Source: a virus
Lineage: Duplodnaviria > Caudoviricetes
DNA length: 63,331 nt
Strand: one strand, 5' to 3'
IMG/VR virus record: IMGVR_UViG_3300021964_000059
Span: 1-63,331 of that record
The notes below the pieces were generated by a model. The model ran no database searches and was not told where the DNA came from. It was given only the letters and a program-made list of their open reading frames with translations. Shown here one piece after another: positions 19,901 through 30,283 of the stretch (position 1 is the stretch's first letter; each line of letters opens with the position of its first letter). The translations under genes and the position numbers were made by a program.

Positions 19901-22174
19901 CTCCGGAAGAGAGGCCTCTGTTGAAGAAATCCCTTGTGTAACTCTAACTTCACCCACACCCTGATTACCTTCGGCATCCAAGGATGATACGATTAGTTGG
20001 TCTCTTCTTGGAAGATAATACTCTGCATCAAGTGTTACAATATCAGTTGATTGAGGAATATTATTAACATTAGCCTCAGGGTAAGCGCCTGAAGAGTTTT
20101 GAATAGATCTAAAGTCTAGTACATCTCTTAAACTTACACCACCAAAACTCGGTATACTCGTATAGCCTACAACGCCGTTGTAAGAGTTGATAGCAAACAG
20201 ATCCCCGGCCCCGTGAGTAAAGTAATCATACTGGACAAGAATATTACCGGTTGGAATAGATGTCCCAGCTTTTTCAACAAGTCTTCCTAGTCCATAGTAA
20301 TTTGCTCTTTGACCATTATCCACGATAAAGTTATTGGATAAATCTGCTCCATTAGAATCTGCTTGTGTGATGCTTGTTACTCTATAGACGTCAGCTACAC
20401 CAAGATCAATATATCTGAGACCACTTCCATCTGAATCAGCTTCTGAAGGCCAAGCCTTTGTTAAACTATTTCCTGTCGATAAAGATTTTGTACGAATAAC
20501 AGGAGTGTCCACTTGGACATAAGCAATCAACTCGTAATCTGTTGCTGATTCTAATCCAGTGATATCTACTTGAGAACCAACAGGAGACCCGGCCAGAGTA
20601 AATGTGGCACTAGTGTCACTTACTGCCCCATCGGTTTTAGCAATAATCCAATCACCAGTATTTGTAAATGTATCTCCACCACCAGCAGAGAGTGTGTACG
20701 AAGTACCTGTAGTAGTAAATGCATACCGCTTTCTTGTTGTCAATACAATGTCAGAAATACCATCGATCACTGGACGAGATCTTGGAAGTGGGAACACCAT
20801 GGTGTTGATTGAGCTCTGCTTGAGATTAGTAATCCCCGCCTCAACTACTGTATTGACATAATCAGTTGTACCGTTACCAAAACTTCTGACATTACGGAAT
20901 GATTGACCCGAATTCATTTGAATATCAAACAGATAGAATCTTAGGTTACCACCGTCCTCATCAATTCCTCTGACTCTAGCAGTACCAATACTGTCACCAG
21001 TCCATTCTTTAGCACTCATCAAGTCAACTTGCTCGAGAGTGTTAATATTTGGTAGTCCTGAACAACTATCTGGATTTCCTAGTACATAATTACCATATTG
21101 AACGACAATTGGTTCGTTATTTACTGTTTCTGTGTCTCTTGCCTTTGGAACAGTAATTTTAGTAGGGGCAATATCCAAACGATAACCATCGACATATGCA
21201 ACACCACTTGAAACATCCAGAGTCAAGTTGGAATCATTGAGATCGTCAAACTTCGCTCTGAACGCCTTAACCACATAGTCGCCCGACTCTTCTTTCGTTC
21301 TCCGAGCAAGCGCTTTATTAATCTGATTATAGTTATCAGCTCCACCAACTTCTTTTGTGATTAATCCATTTGTTACTTTGGCTACTAGTACGAAGTTCTG
21401 GTCAGAATCAACCTCACTGCGCGTAGTGAGAATTAAACGAATACGGTATCTGTCAGCACCCGGAGCAGCAATGTTTGGTGTTGTCCCTTGATTATCATAC
21501 AAACGATTGTCATCATCCACAGTGACAATATCTTCGACAATTCTGAAACCAATATCGTCTGTTGGTGTAGAGCTATATTTGTCTATGAATGTGGATTGGG
21601 GCGTAGCGTAGATAAAATGGCCCTGAGCAAAGAATTCGCCCTCACCCACGGACGCAAGTGTTCCTCGACCTGTGGCGCTGGCATTTGCTGCCTTAAGAGT
21701 CGCCAATCCCGCCGATGTAAAAATAGCACCGTTCTGTACTCTAATTGGATCCGCAGTTGCTGTACCAGCAGTTGTATCAGTATATCTAACATACAGGGTA
21801 GCTGGATCTGTAGCAGTAGCAGCCTCTACACGAATAATCTTAAACTTGATTGCGGCGTTTGGTGCATTTACCGTATACTCTGCCCCAACAAGAGCTGATG
21901 TGTCAGCTGGTAAAGGAAATGTAATCGTATCGAGTTTAATAAATTCAAATCGATTATTGACTGTCACTCCACCAGGTGTGACTGTGGCACCTTCAGTAAA
22001 GATATTTCTACCAAACCGTGCAATTTCTTCTTGAATAATTGTTTGCATCTGAGTAAGCTCTCTTGCCTGAAGAGCTCTACCAGAATTAAACAGAATACGA
22101 TGGAAGTTATCACTATCGCGATAATCATCCTTATATGTTGAAGAAAATGTGGTATCTTTAACCGTTGTTGCCAT
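16931..22174 (-). CDS. Large baseplate-associated structural protein (VrlC/DUF4815-like)
   Basis: 1747 aa; YKDDY...RILF...QARELTQMQT, APGADRY, ARRTKEESGDY, DPLAQSFFV, PVLKDLRAIA. Confidence 0.8.
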   Translation of the reverse strand: MATTVKDTTFSSTYKDDYRDSDNFHRILFNSGRALQARELTQMQTIIQEEIARFGRNIFTEGATVTPGGVTVNNRFEFIKLDTITFPLPADTSALVGAEYTVNAPNAAIKFKIIRVEAATATDPATLYVRYTDTTAGTATADPIRVQNGAIFTSAGLATLKAANASATGRGTLASVGEGEFFAQGHFIYATPQSTFIDKYSSTPTDDIGFRIVEDIVTVDDDNRLYDNQGTTPNIAAPGADRYRIRLILTTRSEVDSDQNFVLVAKVTNGLITKEVGGADNYNQINKALARRTKEESGDYVVKAFRAKFDDLNDSNLTLDVSSGVAYVDGYRLDIAPTKITVPKARDTETVNNEPIVVQYGNYVLGNPDSCSGLPNINTLEQVDLMSAKEWTGDSIGTARVRGIDEDGGNLRFYLFDIQMNSGQSFRNVRSFGNGTTDYVNTVVEAGITNLKQSSINTMVFPLPRSRPVIDGISDIVLTTRKRYAFTTTGTSYTLSAGGGDTFTNTGDWIIAKTDGAVSDTSATFTLAGSPVGSQVDITGLESATDYELIAYVQVDTPVIRTKSLSTGNSLTKAWPSEADSDGSGLRYIDLGVADVYRVTSITQADSNGADLSNNFIVDNGQRANYYGLGRLVEKAGTSIPTGNILVQYDYFTHGAGDLFAINSYNGVVGYTSIPSFGGVSLRDVLDFRSIQNSSGAYPEANVNNIPQSTDIVTLDAEYYLPRRDQLIVSSLDAEGNQGVGEVRVTQGISSTEASLPETPSGAMPLYNITLPAYTLSDSDVGLSFIPNKRYTMQDIGNLEKRINKLADVTSLSLLELNTSTLSVLDSNGLQRTKSGFFADNFKDFVFSDVDNVSYRAALDPSAKVITPAIYYGNVRLFFDSADVSQTTNKTGDLVTLPYTETQFSYQNLCNEALNVNPFEVIINTGTLQLSPASDDWIEQAFLPDVLIDGGVKKRNVGTRTVTQRTFGGWFGIAAALVVGAATGGFGLLGTTAGAAATGGAAATGFSLSTTAIGQLMAGNYLTAASLAAAGAATAGAVNSLIDDQPSVSIASNEAVVRDDVIIEQVGNRVLETFLIPYMRSKKVYFKAQGLKPNTEHFAFFNGVSVADWVREESFVRYSSTTEDFGNVYQKATEHPEGKSSLISDAEGRIEGSFFIPSTNAIKFRTGSKILKLLDITADNEDNATSLCQDIFTSTGVLEVRERTLKVTREIDVQTVIVKKKSVFCFWDPLAQSFFVSQTENPSGIFVTSVDIFFRTKAQTGGQPVQVQIRGVENGTPLAYPIPGAVKYLSPSEVSIPGDLEDIASVRAAPTTFTFDEPIYLAPGQEYAIVVAAETTDYTVYVAKTYDFVLGSTDARVSKQPTLGSLYRSQNGTTWTPDQNRDLMFRINRAEFSSSGDAYLTNAQPSLYLLGSDPILTDSGSTTIRVFHEGHGFVKNDTVALYGLDSGSTYAGISGASILGDRTVVNTDWTGYTFAADSAATGSIRTGGTNVKATQQFMFNEFFTSVQTLTPNNTGISGNIKLTSGASWASDRNEATNSAYSVASSFTPIIINEVNGTQAPKLIPNSKNQVADAATIKLTLSTSDTKVSPILDLQRASMTFIENSIDKQDSSSTSGFNVPISIVDETDPYNGSSASKHITTVATLAEEAVGIKLFFAAYRPSAGNFKVYYRTSTNAETIRDTSWQLASATTTVPSDEVLVFREYEYLIGGEGGQLPAFTSFQIKIVMESTSTSYIPVLKDLRAIALAV

Positions 22175-22184
22175 TTTTAAAACC

Positions 22185-23543
22185 TTAAATTGTAATAACT
22201 ACTTTGATATCTTCTGTTTGAAGAGCATCGCGCACAATTCTTGCTCTATTTTCAATGTACAATACTTCACCTGAGTAAGGATCAAAAGAAGTAGACAGAC
22301 CTGCACTATCAATTGTACCTGATCCAGAACCATCACTTTCACCGAGGGTTTCACCATTCTGGAAGGACTTGAATCCTGTATTTTCATTCTGATGATAGTA
22401 AATGTAATCACTATCTATCTCATCAATAAATGCACCGGCTCCAGAAACAGCACCTCTGATAAATTTGTCGACCGTAAAAGAAGTCGCAGGAGTAGTCATT
22501 CTGTGGTATTTCAATCCTCGAGCTGTGAGAGATGTGAGCAATGTGTCACTATCAGGTAATGTAATATTACGCATTACTGTAATTTGTCTGAAATCATTAC
22601 CAAGAACAAATGCACCGGATTCGGAACCATCTGGCTTTGCATTTAGCATGATTGTGGATGCTTTAAGATCATCCCTAATATCAGCGCCAATACCATCCAA
22701 AGGACCAATAATTGGTCTTGCTGTTGCACCGGTTCCACCACCACCTGAAATAACAATATCGGCGTGGTCATAACCCGATCCAAGACCTGCGGACTCATTA
22801 TTCATTTCGATCTTAACAACAGCACCCCCGGAAACTGTTGCAGTCGCAGCAGCACTAGAACCATTTCCGTTGATTGTCACAGTAGGAGCTGAAGTGTAAC
22901 TAGAACCACCACTTGTTAATGTGACTCCAAGAATCTGGCCAGGTGTTGCTGCCTCTTTAACTAAAGCCTGGTCTCTTTCCAAACCTGTGTAAGCTCCGGA
23001 GGAATCATCTAAAAACTGAACAGGAAGGTAATTAGCTGATAAGAACGAGTTTGCTCTGGCAGCTGAAATCTGAAACAAGAATTTCCACCTGTATCCATCA
23101 GAAGTCTGGAATGCCTGTATTTGATTAACACCAGCTGTAGAATAATTTGGTAGAACTGTTGATGGAACAGCTTGTCCAAGAGCATTCTTTCCTTGCTGTA
23201 GACAAATGTATACATCGTTATTTTCAGTTAAAACATAGTATGGATTTGTGGGTATTCCCACAACATTATCATTGTATCCCGTATAGGTTGTACCTGATGT
23301 CCAATTGTATCTCGGGACAACAAAACTCGAACTGGCTACTTTTTTAACCGACTGAATATTATCCCTAACTTCCCTCTCTGACCGAATAGTTCTCAGAAGT
23401 GAAGTTGGGGTATCAGTCTCATTGTACTCATCAGACTTTCCAATACCAATGTAATATTCATTAGTATCAGAAGTACTTGAAATTTCAGTTAATAATAGAT
23501 TCGTTAAAATTCTCTTTAGTGAATCTGTTACAATTGCAGCCAT
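22185..23543 (-). CDS. gp8: Baseplate wedge subunit
   Basis: VVPRYNWTSG, YYVLT..VYICL, DGYRWKFLF, SGEVLYIENR...QTEDIKVVI. Confidence 0.85.
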   Translation of the reverse strand: MAAIVTDSLKRILTNLLLTEISSTSDTNEYYIGIGKSDEYNETDTPTSLLRTIRSEREVRDNIQSVKKVASSSFVVPRYNWTSGTTYTGYNDNVVGIPTNPYYVLTENNDVYICLQQGKNALGQAVPSTVLPNYSTAGVNQIQAFQTSDGYRWKFLFQISAARANSFLSANYLPVQFLDDSSGAYTGLERDQALVKEAATPGQILGVTLTSGGSSYTSAPTVTINGNGSSAAATATVSGGAVVKIEMNNESAGLGSGYDHADIVISGGGGTGATARPIIGPLDGIGADIRDDLKASTIMLNAKPDGSESGAFVLGNDFRQITVMRNITLPDSDTLLTSLTARGLKYHRMTTPATSFTVDKFIRGAVSGAGAFIDEIDSDYIYYHQNENTGFKSFQNGETLGESDGSGSGTIDSAGLSTSFDPYSGEVLYIENRARIVRDALQTEDIKVVITI

Positions 23544-23559
23544 TTGTATTTCCTATTGA

Positions 23560-24366
23560 TTATACGATGATCAATTCATCTCGGCCGACCAGATACCACT
23601 CTGATCCATCCCAAATACATTGAGCACCAGTACTTACCGGTAATGAGAATGAAGATCCTTGGGCAAAGGCCGACGGTGTTACTACCGCGGTGTTTCCACC
23701 TTTATTAGTGAAGAACTTGAGTTCCCCTACACTTGATCCTGAATCCAATGTTACCAACAATGCCCCTGGTTTATTACATATAACATAAGTAGCAGTTGCT
23801 GGTACAGTACCATCAGCATCCAACTCAATCGAACTAAATGAAATTAAACCAAGTTGAACCGATCCTGATCCCTTACCAACAAGACTCAAGTTTACGTTTG
23901 AGTCCTCACCGGATGCGCTGATAATAGGAGGATTTCCTGTCGCAGCATTTGTCACCGTGATCTCATTAACAGCAGAAGATGCAGCTGTAAATTTAACCAA
24001 CTCATTGGAATTGCTATCAAGAATCTCATTAGTGATTGTTGGTGAGGTGATAGTTGGTGTTGTTAATATTTTATTCGTAAGCGTCTGGTTAGCAGTATCT
24101 ACAACTGCAATACCACCAGAATCAGGTAAAGTGATAGTAATGTTTTCAGCAAGAACATCGGAGGCAATCAACGATGTTGTAAATACTGATCCTGAGAATG
24201 AAACACCACTATCTTGAAATGACACGACATTAGACAAGTTATCGCTGTCACCAAACTTCTGATAGATCTCTAGTAGAGTTTCATTGATCTTCTGGCCTGC
24301 CTGACGAAGAGTATCACCCGTTCCGTCATTTGCTGAAGATCCTAAACTGATATTTTGTCTAGCCAT
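23560..24366 (-). CDS. Baseplate/fibre connector with gp9/gp10-like N-terminus
   Basis: MARQNISLGSSANDGTGDTLRQAGQKINE is the T4 gp9/gp10-type N-terminal motif. Confidence 0.7.
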   Translation of the reverse strand: MARQNISLGSSANDGTGDTLRQAGQKINETLLEIYQKFGDSDNLSNVVSFQDSGVSFSGSVFTTSLIASDVLAENITITLPDSGGIAVVDTANQTLTNKILTTPTITSPTITNEILDSNSNELVKFTAASSAVNEITVTNAATGNPPIISASGEDSNVNLSLVGKGSGSVQLGLISFSSIELDADGTVPATATYVICNKPGALLVTLDSGSSVGELKFFTNKGGNTAVVTPSAFAQGSSFSLPVSTGAQCIWDGSEWYLVGRDELIIV

Positions 24367-24393
24367 TCTTTTACCCGTAAAAGACTTTAGTTT

Positions 24394-24401
24394 TATTTAT
24401 A
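24394..24401 (-). promoter_or_regulatory. T4-type late promoter TATAAATA
   Basis: Exact motif, intergenic, upstream of 24366 ATG. Confidence 0.75.
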
Positions 24402-25361
24402 TCAAATTGCCGAGTCACTTAGGTATCTTGTGAACATTGTATTGTCCATTGTCTCGGTATTCAATGACATATCCGGTCTGATTGTAACATCACTATCATC
24501 AAACTTGAAGCTGTTTGGTGACAACAACTCGCTAATATCTTGATAGAAACTATCAAGTTGCGTAGAAGAGATGTCTTCGTACGTGCTGATGATTTGTGAT
24601 AGATCAATTCGCATATCATCTCCCTGCGAGTCGTACAATCCTGTAAGTTGTGTAAATCCAGTAATAGGTGTAGCCGATGGGGCAATATCTGCTGTAAGAA
24701 CTCTTAGGTTCTCAGCAGAATCCAATGGTTCTTCTGAATTTGGCATACTATCAAATCCAATATCAACAATCCCTTCAAGCTGGGCTTGGCCTGCAAAAAA
24801 GAATCCAGCTGGGTGTGCAAACCGCTTGTACAATTCTTCATAATCGGAAACAGAAATACCTGACTTAATCAAAATGGAAAATGTTTGGTACAAAGTATCA
24901 CTAATAATAAACTTTAACGATTCAGCCCCAATTTCCGATTCACTGACAATAAAAATTTGATCCTTTGGATATTCTACTACTACTTCACTATTGAAAAATG
25001 CTCTGAAAAAACCTTCAACTGATACTACAGAACCTTTTGATCTATAAAAACTTGATAGTAGTTTGGTCATCAACCTAGGTTCATCGAAGAAAGAGGCGAC
25101 CTGCAATCCGTTACCAATTTCACTGATCAGGGCATCGAGATACTGTTCTTCTGTAACACTAATATCACGGATAGAAAACAGATTGTTGATTTCTGTGCCA
25201 AAGGATCCTGTAGTACTACTGTCCAGGTAATTGTAATATTTTTCTAAAAACGTGACAAGTGTGGGATACTCACTAAGATAAAACTCAGGAAGAACTTCTC
25301 TAACCTTTCTGTTAGCAAAGTTAATATCTCTTCTGTTGTTGTCATCCAGAATATGTGTCAT
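24402..25361 (-). CDS. Baseplate wedge protein (gp7-like)
   Basis: LPEF...YPTLVTFLEKYY, FYRSKGS...FFRAFF, HPAGF; immediately after gp6. Confidence 0.7.
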   Translation of the reverse strand: MTHILDDNNRRDINFANRKVREVLPEFYLSEYPTLVTFLEKYYNYLDSSTTGSFGTEINNLFSIRDISVTEEQYLDALISEIGNGLQVASFFDEPRLMTKLLSSFYRSKGSVVSVEGFFRAFFNSEVVVEYPKDQIFIVSESEIGAESLKFIISDTLYQTFSILIKSGISVSDYEELYKRFAHPAGFFFAGQAQLEGIVDIGFDSMPNSEEPLDSAENLRVLTADIAPSATPITGFTQLTGLYDSQGDDMRIDLSQIISTYEDISSTQLDSFYQDISELLSPNSFKFDDSDVTIRPDMSLNTETMDNTMFTRYLSDSAI

Positions 25362-27187
25362 GTTGTTAACGATACCGCTGTATTCTGATAATCAATTACG
25401 GACTGAGCAAACGACAGGGCTGGATCAAGTGCCAGAATGTAGTTTCTTAATGGTTTAATAGTACTCTGGTTTGCTGGTGTCACCGACACCTTGATTGCCG
25501 TCCCTTCATATGCAGTAGGAAGGAACCCAGCAAGACTAACTGTTCCATTTGTAGCATTAAAAGAACCAACATTATCAAGTTGTACTACCCCGGACAGATT
25601 GACAATCTGTAGTTTTGTCGAACTAAGTTGATTTCTAATAAAACATGATTGATCGTTGTATGTAAATCTGGAGGATGTTACAATGTAGTTGACATCATCC
25701 GCAGCTGCAATTGCGGTTGGGTACGAAAGAGTATAATCACTCACTGTCGTCAACGATGGTGTAATTCTTTGTTGCAACTTAATATTCATCCTTGAGTTTA
25801 GAATAGCAGGTGCTAGTCCGTCAATCTCTGCGAGAAGATTAGATCTTCTAAATGTTTTACCAAACGAATTCAGATTTGCTGTAAAGTAAGATTCCACAGT
25901 GTCCTGCACATCATTCTCAACCGCCTTTGGCGATAAGCCAGTTTGATCCGGATCGAGGTTGAATATTGTTTCAATTTCTATAAATGTATTAGTCGGATCT
26001 GTATACACAGTATCAATCGACATAATGGCCAAGTTATCAGAAAGATTGGTTACAATTTGATCCTTGATGGTTTGTTGTACACTGGCAGAGATATTATCCT
26101 TGAATTTTAATGAAACATACACTCGGCCATACACAGGTGGAACATTATCATTTCCACCCCAAGCAATTACATCTTCCAAATACGAAGAGTAATTCTCGAG
26201 AATCAAAGCTTTATAATCTTCAGCCGTAACCATTCTTTGCTGAGATGCAAAGGATAAAGGAGCATTTCCTTTGATGGAGGCGATTGACTCTTTGGCATCT
26301 CCACCTGACGATTCAGAAACAACCGTCGTTGTCAGAGTATAATCTGTCCCACTAATTGTTACCGACTCATCAGCTAAGAATGTATCAGCTCCATTGCCAG
26401 CCGCACCTGCTGTAGAAAGATAAGTAATTACAATTTTGTTTCCTGCTACTGGTGCCTTTCCGAGAACATTGCCGTTGGAGAATGTTACCTCATAGTATCC
26501 ATTTGGAGCCTCTCTGATAATATAAATTATAGAATCATTGTCAATTCTCACAGCACGATTTACATCAATATAAGTTTCAAATGAAGAAGAGGTGGCAGTG
26601 TCGTATACATTAACGACCATCGTTGAGGTGTCAATTGTTTCATCGGGAATTACATATACTTGATCATCAGTAGTGTCCCCTACTAAAAACGTTTTTGTTT
26701 TCAGCGTACCCTCTGTTATTTCAATACTCGTTGAACCACCTGTTGTTTCGAATGTAAATAACCCACTTCCGTTATTGTATCCAATATATTCCTCTAATGT
26801 CTGAAAGCTGTATGATACATTATCAATCTCAGTAGTAAAGGTTGTGTTAGCCGGTAGCGAAATGAAGGTTGGGGATGAAAGGGCTGTTGAAACACTCAAG
26901 TTGACAGTTGCGGAGGACCCTGTTCTAGATCTAGAATAATAACCAAGAGTCTCAGCGTGAGAAAGAACAGAAGATCTCAACTGGGCAGTTGATAAGAAGG
27001 ATTCATTGATAGCAAGGTTAGCAATCAATCCATTAAGATGAGTGTTGTATGCCAGAACATCCAAAATGTTTGAAAGACCAGAGGCCTCAAAATCATAGTC
27101 AGCGAATTCATCTTGCTGCTGCAAAAATGTTTTTAGATTTTCTTTGATTACATCAAAATCAAGATCGCTCGATCTGATAACCGCCAT
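25358..27187 (-). CDS. gp6: Baseplate wedge subunit
   Basis: LDFDVIKENLKTFL..DYDFEASGLS.ILDVLAYNTH, QQRMVTAEDY, PPVYGRVYVS. Confidence 0.9.
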   Translation of the reverse strand: MAVIRSSDLDFDVIKENLKTFLQQQDEFADYDFEASGLSNILDVLAYNTHLNGLIANLAINESFLSTAQLRSSVLSHAETLGYYSRSRTGSSATVNLSVSTALSSPTFISLPANTTFTTEIDNVSYSFQTLEEYIGYNNGSGLFTFETTGGSTSIEITEGTLKTKTFLVGDTTDDQVYVIPDETIDTSTMVVNVYDTATSSSFETYIDVNRAVRIDNDSIIYIIREAPNGYYEVTFSNGNVLGKAPVAGNKIVITYLSTAGAAGNGADTFLADESVTISGTDYTLTTTVVSESSGGDAKESIASIKGNAPLSFASQQRMVTAEDYKALILENYSSYLEDVIAWGGNDNVPPVYGRVYVSLKFKDNISASVQQTIKDQIVTNLSDNLAIMSIDTVYTDPTNTFIEIETIFNLDPDQTGLSPKAVENDVQDTVESYFTANLNSFGKTFRRSNLLAEIDGLAPAILNSRMNIKLQQRITPSLTTVSDYTLSYPTAIAAADDVNYIVTSSRFTYNDQSCFIRNQLSSTKLQIVNLSGVVQLDNVGSFNATNGTVSLAGFLPTAYEGTAIKVSVTPANQSTIKPLRNYILALDPALSFAQSVIDYQNTAVSLTT

Positions 27188-27627
27188 TATCTCACCCTCG
27201 TTAGTGATACATCTACTTGCACTTGTTCTTCAGTTGAAACCACTTGACAGGTAACTGTTACTCCAATAGAATTGTAATCTGGAGATGGTTCAACATTGAC
27301 TAACTTAACTCTTGCTCTTGGTTCATAGTTATTAATAACATTAGAGACTCTCTCTTGTATATCCAATTCATCAAACTCTTGATCAAGAGAAAATAAAAAA
27401 TCATTCAATCCTCCCCCATAATTAGGATCAAATGGTTTTTCGAATCTGTTAGTAAGAAGAAGATTCTTAATCGCCTGCCTTACAGCAGCACCTTCTGTTT
27501 TCTTATAGATGTCACCTGATGGCCGATTCTGAAAAGTCAGATCGATATCTTTATACGAAACAGACCTACTACTAATGAGAGGAACATTCGATAAGTTTCC
27601 ATCTTCTATTGAAAATCTTCTTGCCAT
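27187..27627 (-). CDS. gp25: Baseplate wedge subunit
   Basis: YKDIDL, AVRQAIKNLLLTN..EKPFDP.YG, NYEPR. Confidence 0.9.
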   Translation of the reverse strand: MARRFSIEDGNLSNVPLISSRSVSYKDIDLTFQNRPSGDIYKKTEGAAVRQAIKNLLLTNRFEKPFDPNYGGGLNDFLFSLDQEFDELDIQERVSNVINNYEPRARVKLVNVEPSPDYNSIGVTVTCQVVSTEEQVQVDVSLTRVR

Positions 27628-27646
27628 TTTAGAATCTCTTTTCTTT

Positions 27647-27654
27647 TATTTATA
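27647..27654 (-). promoter_or_regulatory. T4-type late promoter TATAAATA
   Basis: Exact motif upstream of gp25. Confidence 0.75.
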
Positions 27655-27661
27655 TTACAAA

Positions 27662-30283
27662 TTAAGCTGAATCAGGTACAACATAAATAAATGCTGTTCC
27701 TGAATTCACAGGTGCACCGTCCTTCGGGGCCCCGATAATAGCTCTATTGCCACTTATAGCAACTGAATGACCAAATTGATCACCAGCAGCTGGCTGTGGA
27801 TTAGAAATATTTATCGACTGTGACCAGATGCTATCAGATCTTGTAAAGATGTAAGCTGATCCAGCATCAGTCGCACTTGAATCTTCTAGGGGAGCCCCAA
27901 CAATAATCGTATCGCCTTCTAGGTCAATACTGTAGCCTACATATCCATTAGAAGATGCTGGAGACCGAGTTAATTTCGCCTGTTGGGACCACGTAGAATC
28001 TGATCTCGTAAATACATAAATTGCGCCTTCATTACTACCAGATGAATCATCTAAGGTAGCAGTAATAGCTATTGTATTACTGTTACTATCTACAGCAACA
28101 CTATAGCCAAACCTATCATTAACGCCAATATCACCAAGTGGGGCAGTTAGTTTCGCAGTCTGAGACCAACTATCGTTGTTCCTTGTAAATACGTAGGCGG
28201 CCCCAGCACTAAACACACCATTTGTCTGCTTTGAATGAGCACCTACAACAATAGTGTCCCCCGATATGTCAACAGAATTATTCTCTTGGCCAAGCAGATC
28301 TTGCCCCGATGCATCGGAAGCAACTAATTTTTGTTGTTCTGTCCAATTACTTTGTGATCCTGTAAATACATATACGGCTCCTTCGTTACCAGAACCGAGA
28401 TCATGAAATGGTGCACTCGCGACGATTGTATTCCCATCAATTGCAACAGCGCGACCGAATTGATCAGTCTGTGCAACATCTGATGCAGTGAAGGATGTAC
28501 GGTAATTCCAACTATCATACAATCTCGTATATACATTAACTTCTCCTGCTGTTAATATCGAAGGAGCTCCCCCTGTGCCGACCTTTGTTGCTAAGGGTGC
28601 ACTAGCAACAATGGTATCCCCATCTATATCGACTGACCAACCAAAATTGGTATTCGAAGCAGGGTTTTTACCCTTTTGAAGAATTTGTTGTGTTGACCAA
28701 GTACTTGAAGGTCCCACCGAGTCTTTAACAAAGTCGTAAAAATTTGATAATTGAATTGTACCAGATGTGGGTGGGGGGGATCCTTGATCTGCTGCCCCTG
28801 GAAATGTGAGTACATAAACAGCTCCGTAATTAGCTCCGATGGGCCCCGTCGGCTCATCGAGCCGGGATCCGATAATCGCTGTATTACCTGACATACCCAC
28901 ACTATAACCAAAATCTTCGGCCGAGTCCAAAATTGTAGGCCTAAAACTATCCTCTAATTCAACATTAGACCAATCTACTATTTGTGGACTACTAACAACG
29001 CTATCACTATAATATTCCGACAACGATATTGGATTAGTTCCTCCCTGGTAATCTTGCACTTCTGATAAACTGATTGAGGGAAATGACCAACCAAATCCCC
29101 AATTCAATGGCCCAAGATAAATTGTACCTGTTGGTCCTTCTATCGAATCTAGTGACCGTACTAAACTACCATCATAATTATAAAAGTTAACACCTTCATT
29201 GTTATTGACAACAGCAAATTGATTTTTGATTGGGGCAATAGCATTTCCAAATTTAACAACATGTATTCCAACACCATGATTGTATTCTGTAGCTGAATCC
29301 CCCTCTATTATTATTTCATTGGAACCATCAGAGTCGTAAATGTATATTCCACCAAAATCAGAATCATAACCTCTATAAGGTGATCCCACTATTAACTTAC
29401 CTACGTCATCCTGATAGTGTACGCTGATACCAAAGTAATTCCAATTACTATCATCACTTGGATTAATAGTATTCAAATGGGTCCCAGAGTCAGCAGTGTA
29501 GACATAAACACTTCCGGAAGTGAGTTCACTGAAAGACTTGACACCTCCAACATACACCTTATTATTGGAACTTATGGCAATCATCCTCGATAAACCATCT
29601 CCTGTTCCACTCTGTACTACGCCACCAAATCCAATTCCAGATCCAGCTGCAGCTGGTATAGAACATGTTCTAGTGTTAGTGAATCCAGAATCAAACAATC
29701 TAACTCTTCCTTGCCCCTCGACTGTATCAGTTTCCTGTGCAGCAATTATGCCGTGAGATATTTCAACATTTCTTCCGAGGAAGGTTCCAGGAACAAGGCC
29801 TCTATAAGTATAATCGTAGGAGGAATCAGCACTTGGATTAGATACAATACCTTCAATACTATACTGATAAAGTCTTCCATAATCATTAATGCTGCTGCCG
29901 GTTGCACTTACTATTAAGGTATCGCCCTCAATCGAAATAGCGCTCCCAAAGCCATCACCATTAGCATCGGCGACTTCTGTGATATGGGCGATGGGTTGTT
30001 GTCTCCGAGCTATGTACTCGAAAGTGGTTGCATCAAATACATGTATGAGTCCAGAGTTATTATAAACATCATTCCACAGCGGTTCAGATATAACAATATA
30101 TTCGTCATTGAAATCAATAGAACTTCCAAAATTAGCACCTGAACCATATACAGGAGAAATCAGCTGTCTAATTTGCTCACCTGTTTCATAATTTATAACA
30201 CTAACTATTCCTGCCCCATTGTTTCCATCAACAGCATCTTTTGGGTTATTCCCTATGAGGAAACGATATTTGGGTAAAGCCAT
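27662..30283 (-). CDS. FG-GAP/integrin-like beta-propeller repeat protein (putative adhesin)
   Basis: Many FG.SV.I.GDTIVVGAP...GA.YVF blades in two blocks. Confidence 0.8.
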   Translation of the reverse strand: MALPKYRFLIGNNPKDAVDGNNGAGIVSVINYETGEQIRQLISPVYGSGANFGSSIDFNDEYIVISEPLWNDVYNNSGLIHVFDATTFEYIARRQQPIAHITEVADANGDGFGSAISIEGDTLIVSATGSSINDYGRLYQYSIEGIVSNPSADSSYDYTYRGLVPGTFLGRNVEISHGIIAAQETDTVEGQGRVRLFDSGFTNTRTCSIPAAAGSGIGFGGVVQSGTGDGLSRMIAISSNNKVYVGGVKSFSELTSGSVYVYTADSGTHLNTINPSDDSNWNYFGISVHYQDDVGKLIVGSPYRGYDSDFGGIYIYDSDGSNEIIIEGDSATEYNHGVGIHVVKFGNAIAPIKNQFAVVNNNEGVNFYNYDGSLVRSLDSIEGPTGTIYLGPLNWGFGWSFPSISLSEVQDYQGGTNPISLSEYYSDSVVSSPQIVDWSNVELEDSFRPTILDSAEDFGYSVGMSGNTAIIGSRLDEPTGPIGANYGAVYVLTFPGAADQGSPPPTSGTIQLSNFYDFVKDSVGPSSTWSTQQILQKGKNPASNTNFGWSVDIDGDTIVASAPLATKVGTGGAPSILTAGEVNVYTRLYDSWNYRTSFTASDVAQTDQFGRAVAIDGNTIVASAPFHDLGSGNEGAVYVFTGSQSNWTEQQKLVASDASGQDLLGQENNSVDISGDTIVVGAHSKQTNGVFSAGAAYVFTRNNDSWSQTAKLTAPLGDIGVNDRFGYSVAVDSNSNTIAITATLDDSSGSNEGAIYVFTRSDSTWSQQAKLTRSPASSNGYVGYSIDLEGDTIIVGAPLEDSSATDAGSAYIFTRSDSIWSQSINISNPQPAAGDQFGHSVAISGNRAIIGAPKDGAPVNSGTAFIYVVPDSA

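Noticed and set aside
27662-30283. DS enrichment explained as DNA-level GANTC (CcrM/HinfI) site enrichment, since GAY-TCN spells GANTC
   Set aside because: Six of the twelve DS codon pairs I checked in this gene use AGT/AGC for Ser and create no GANTC, so the signal is at protein level.
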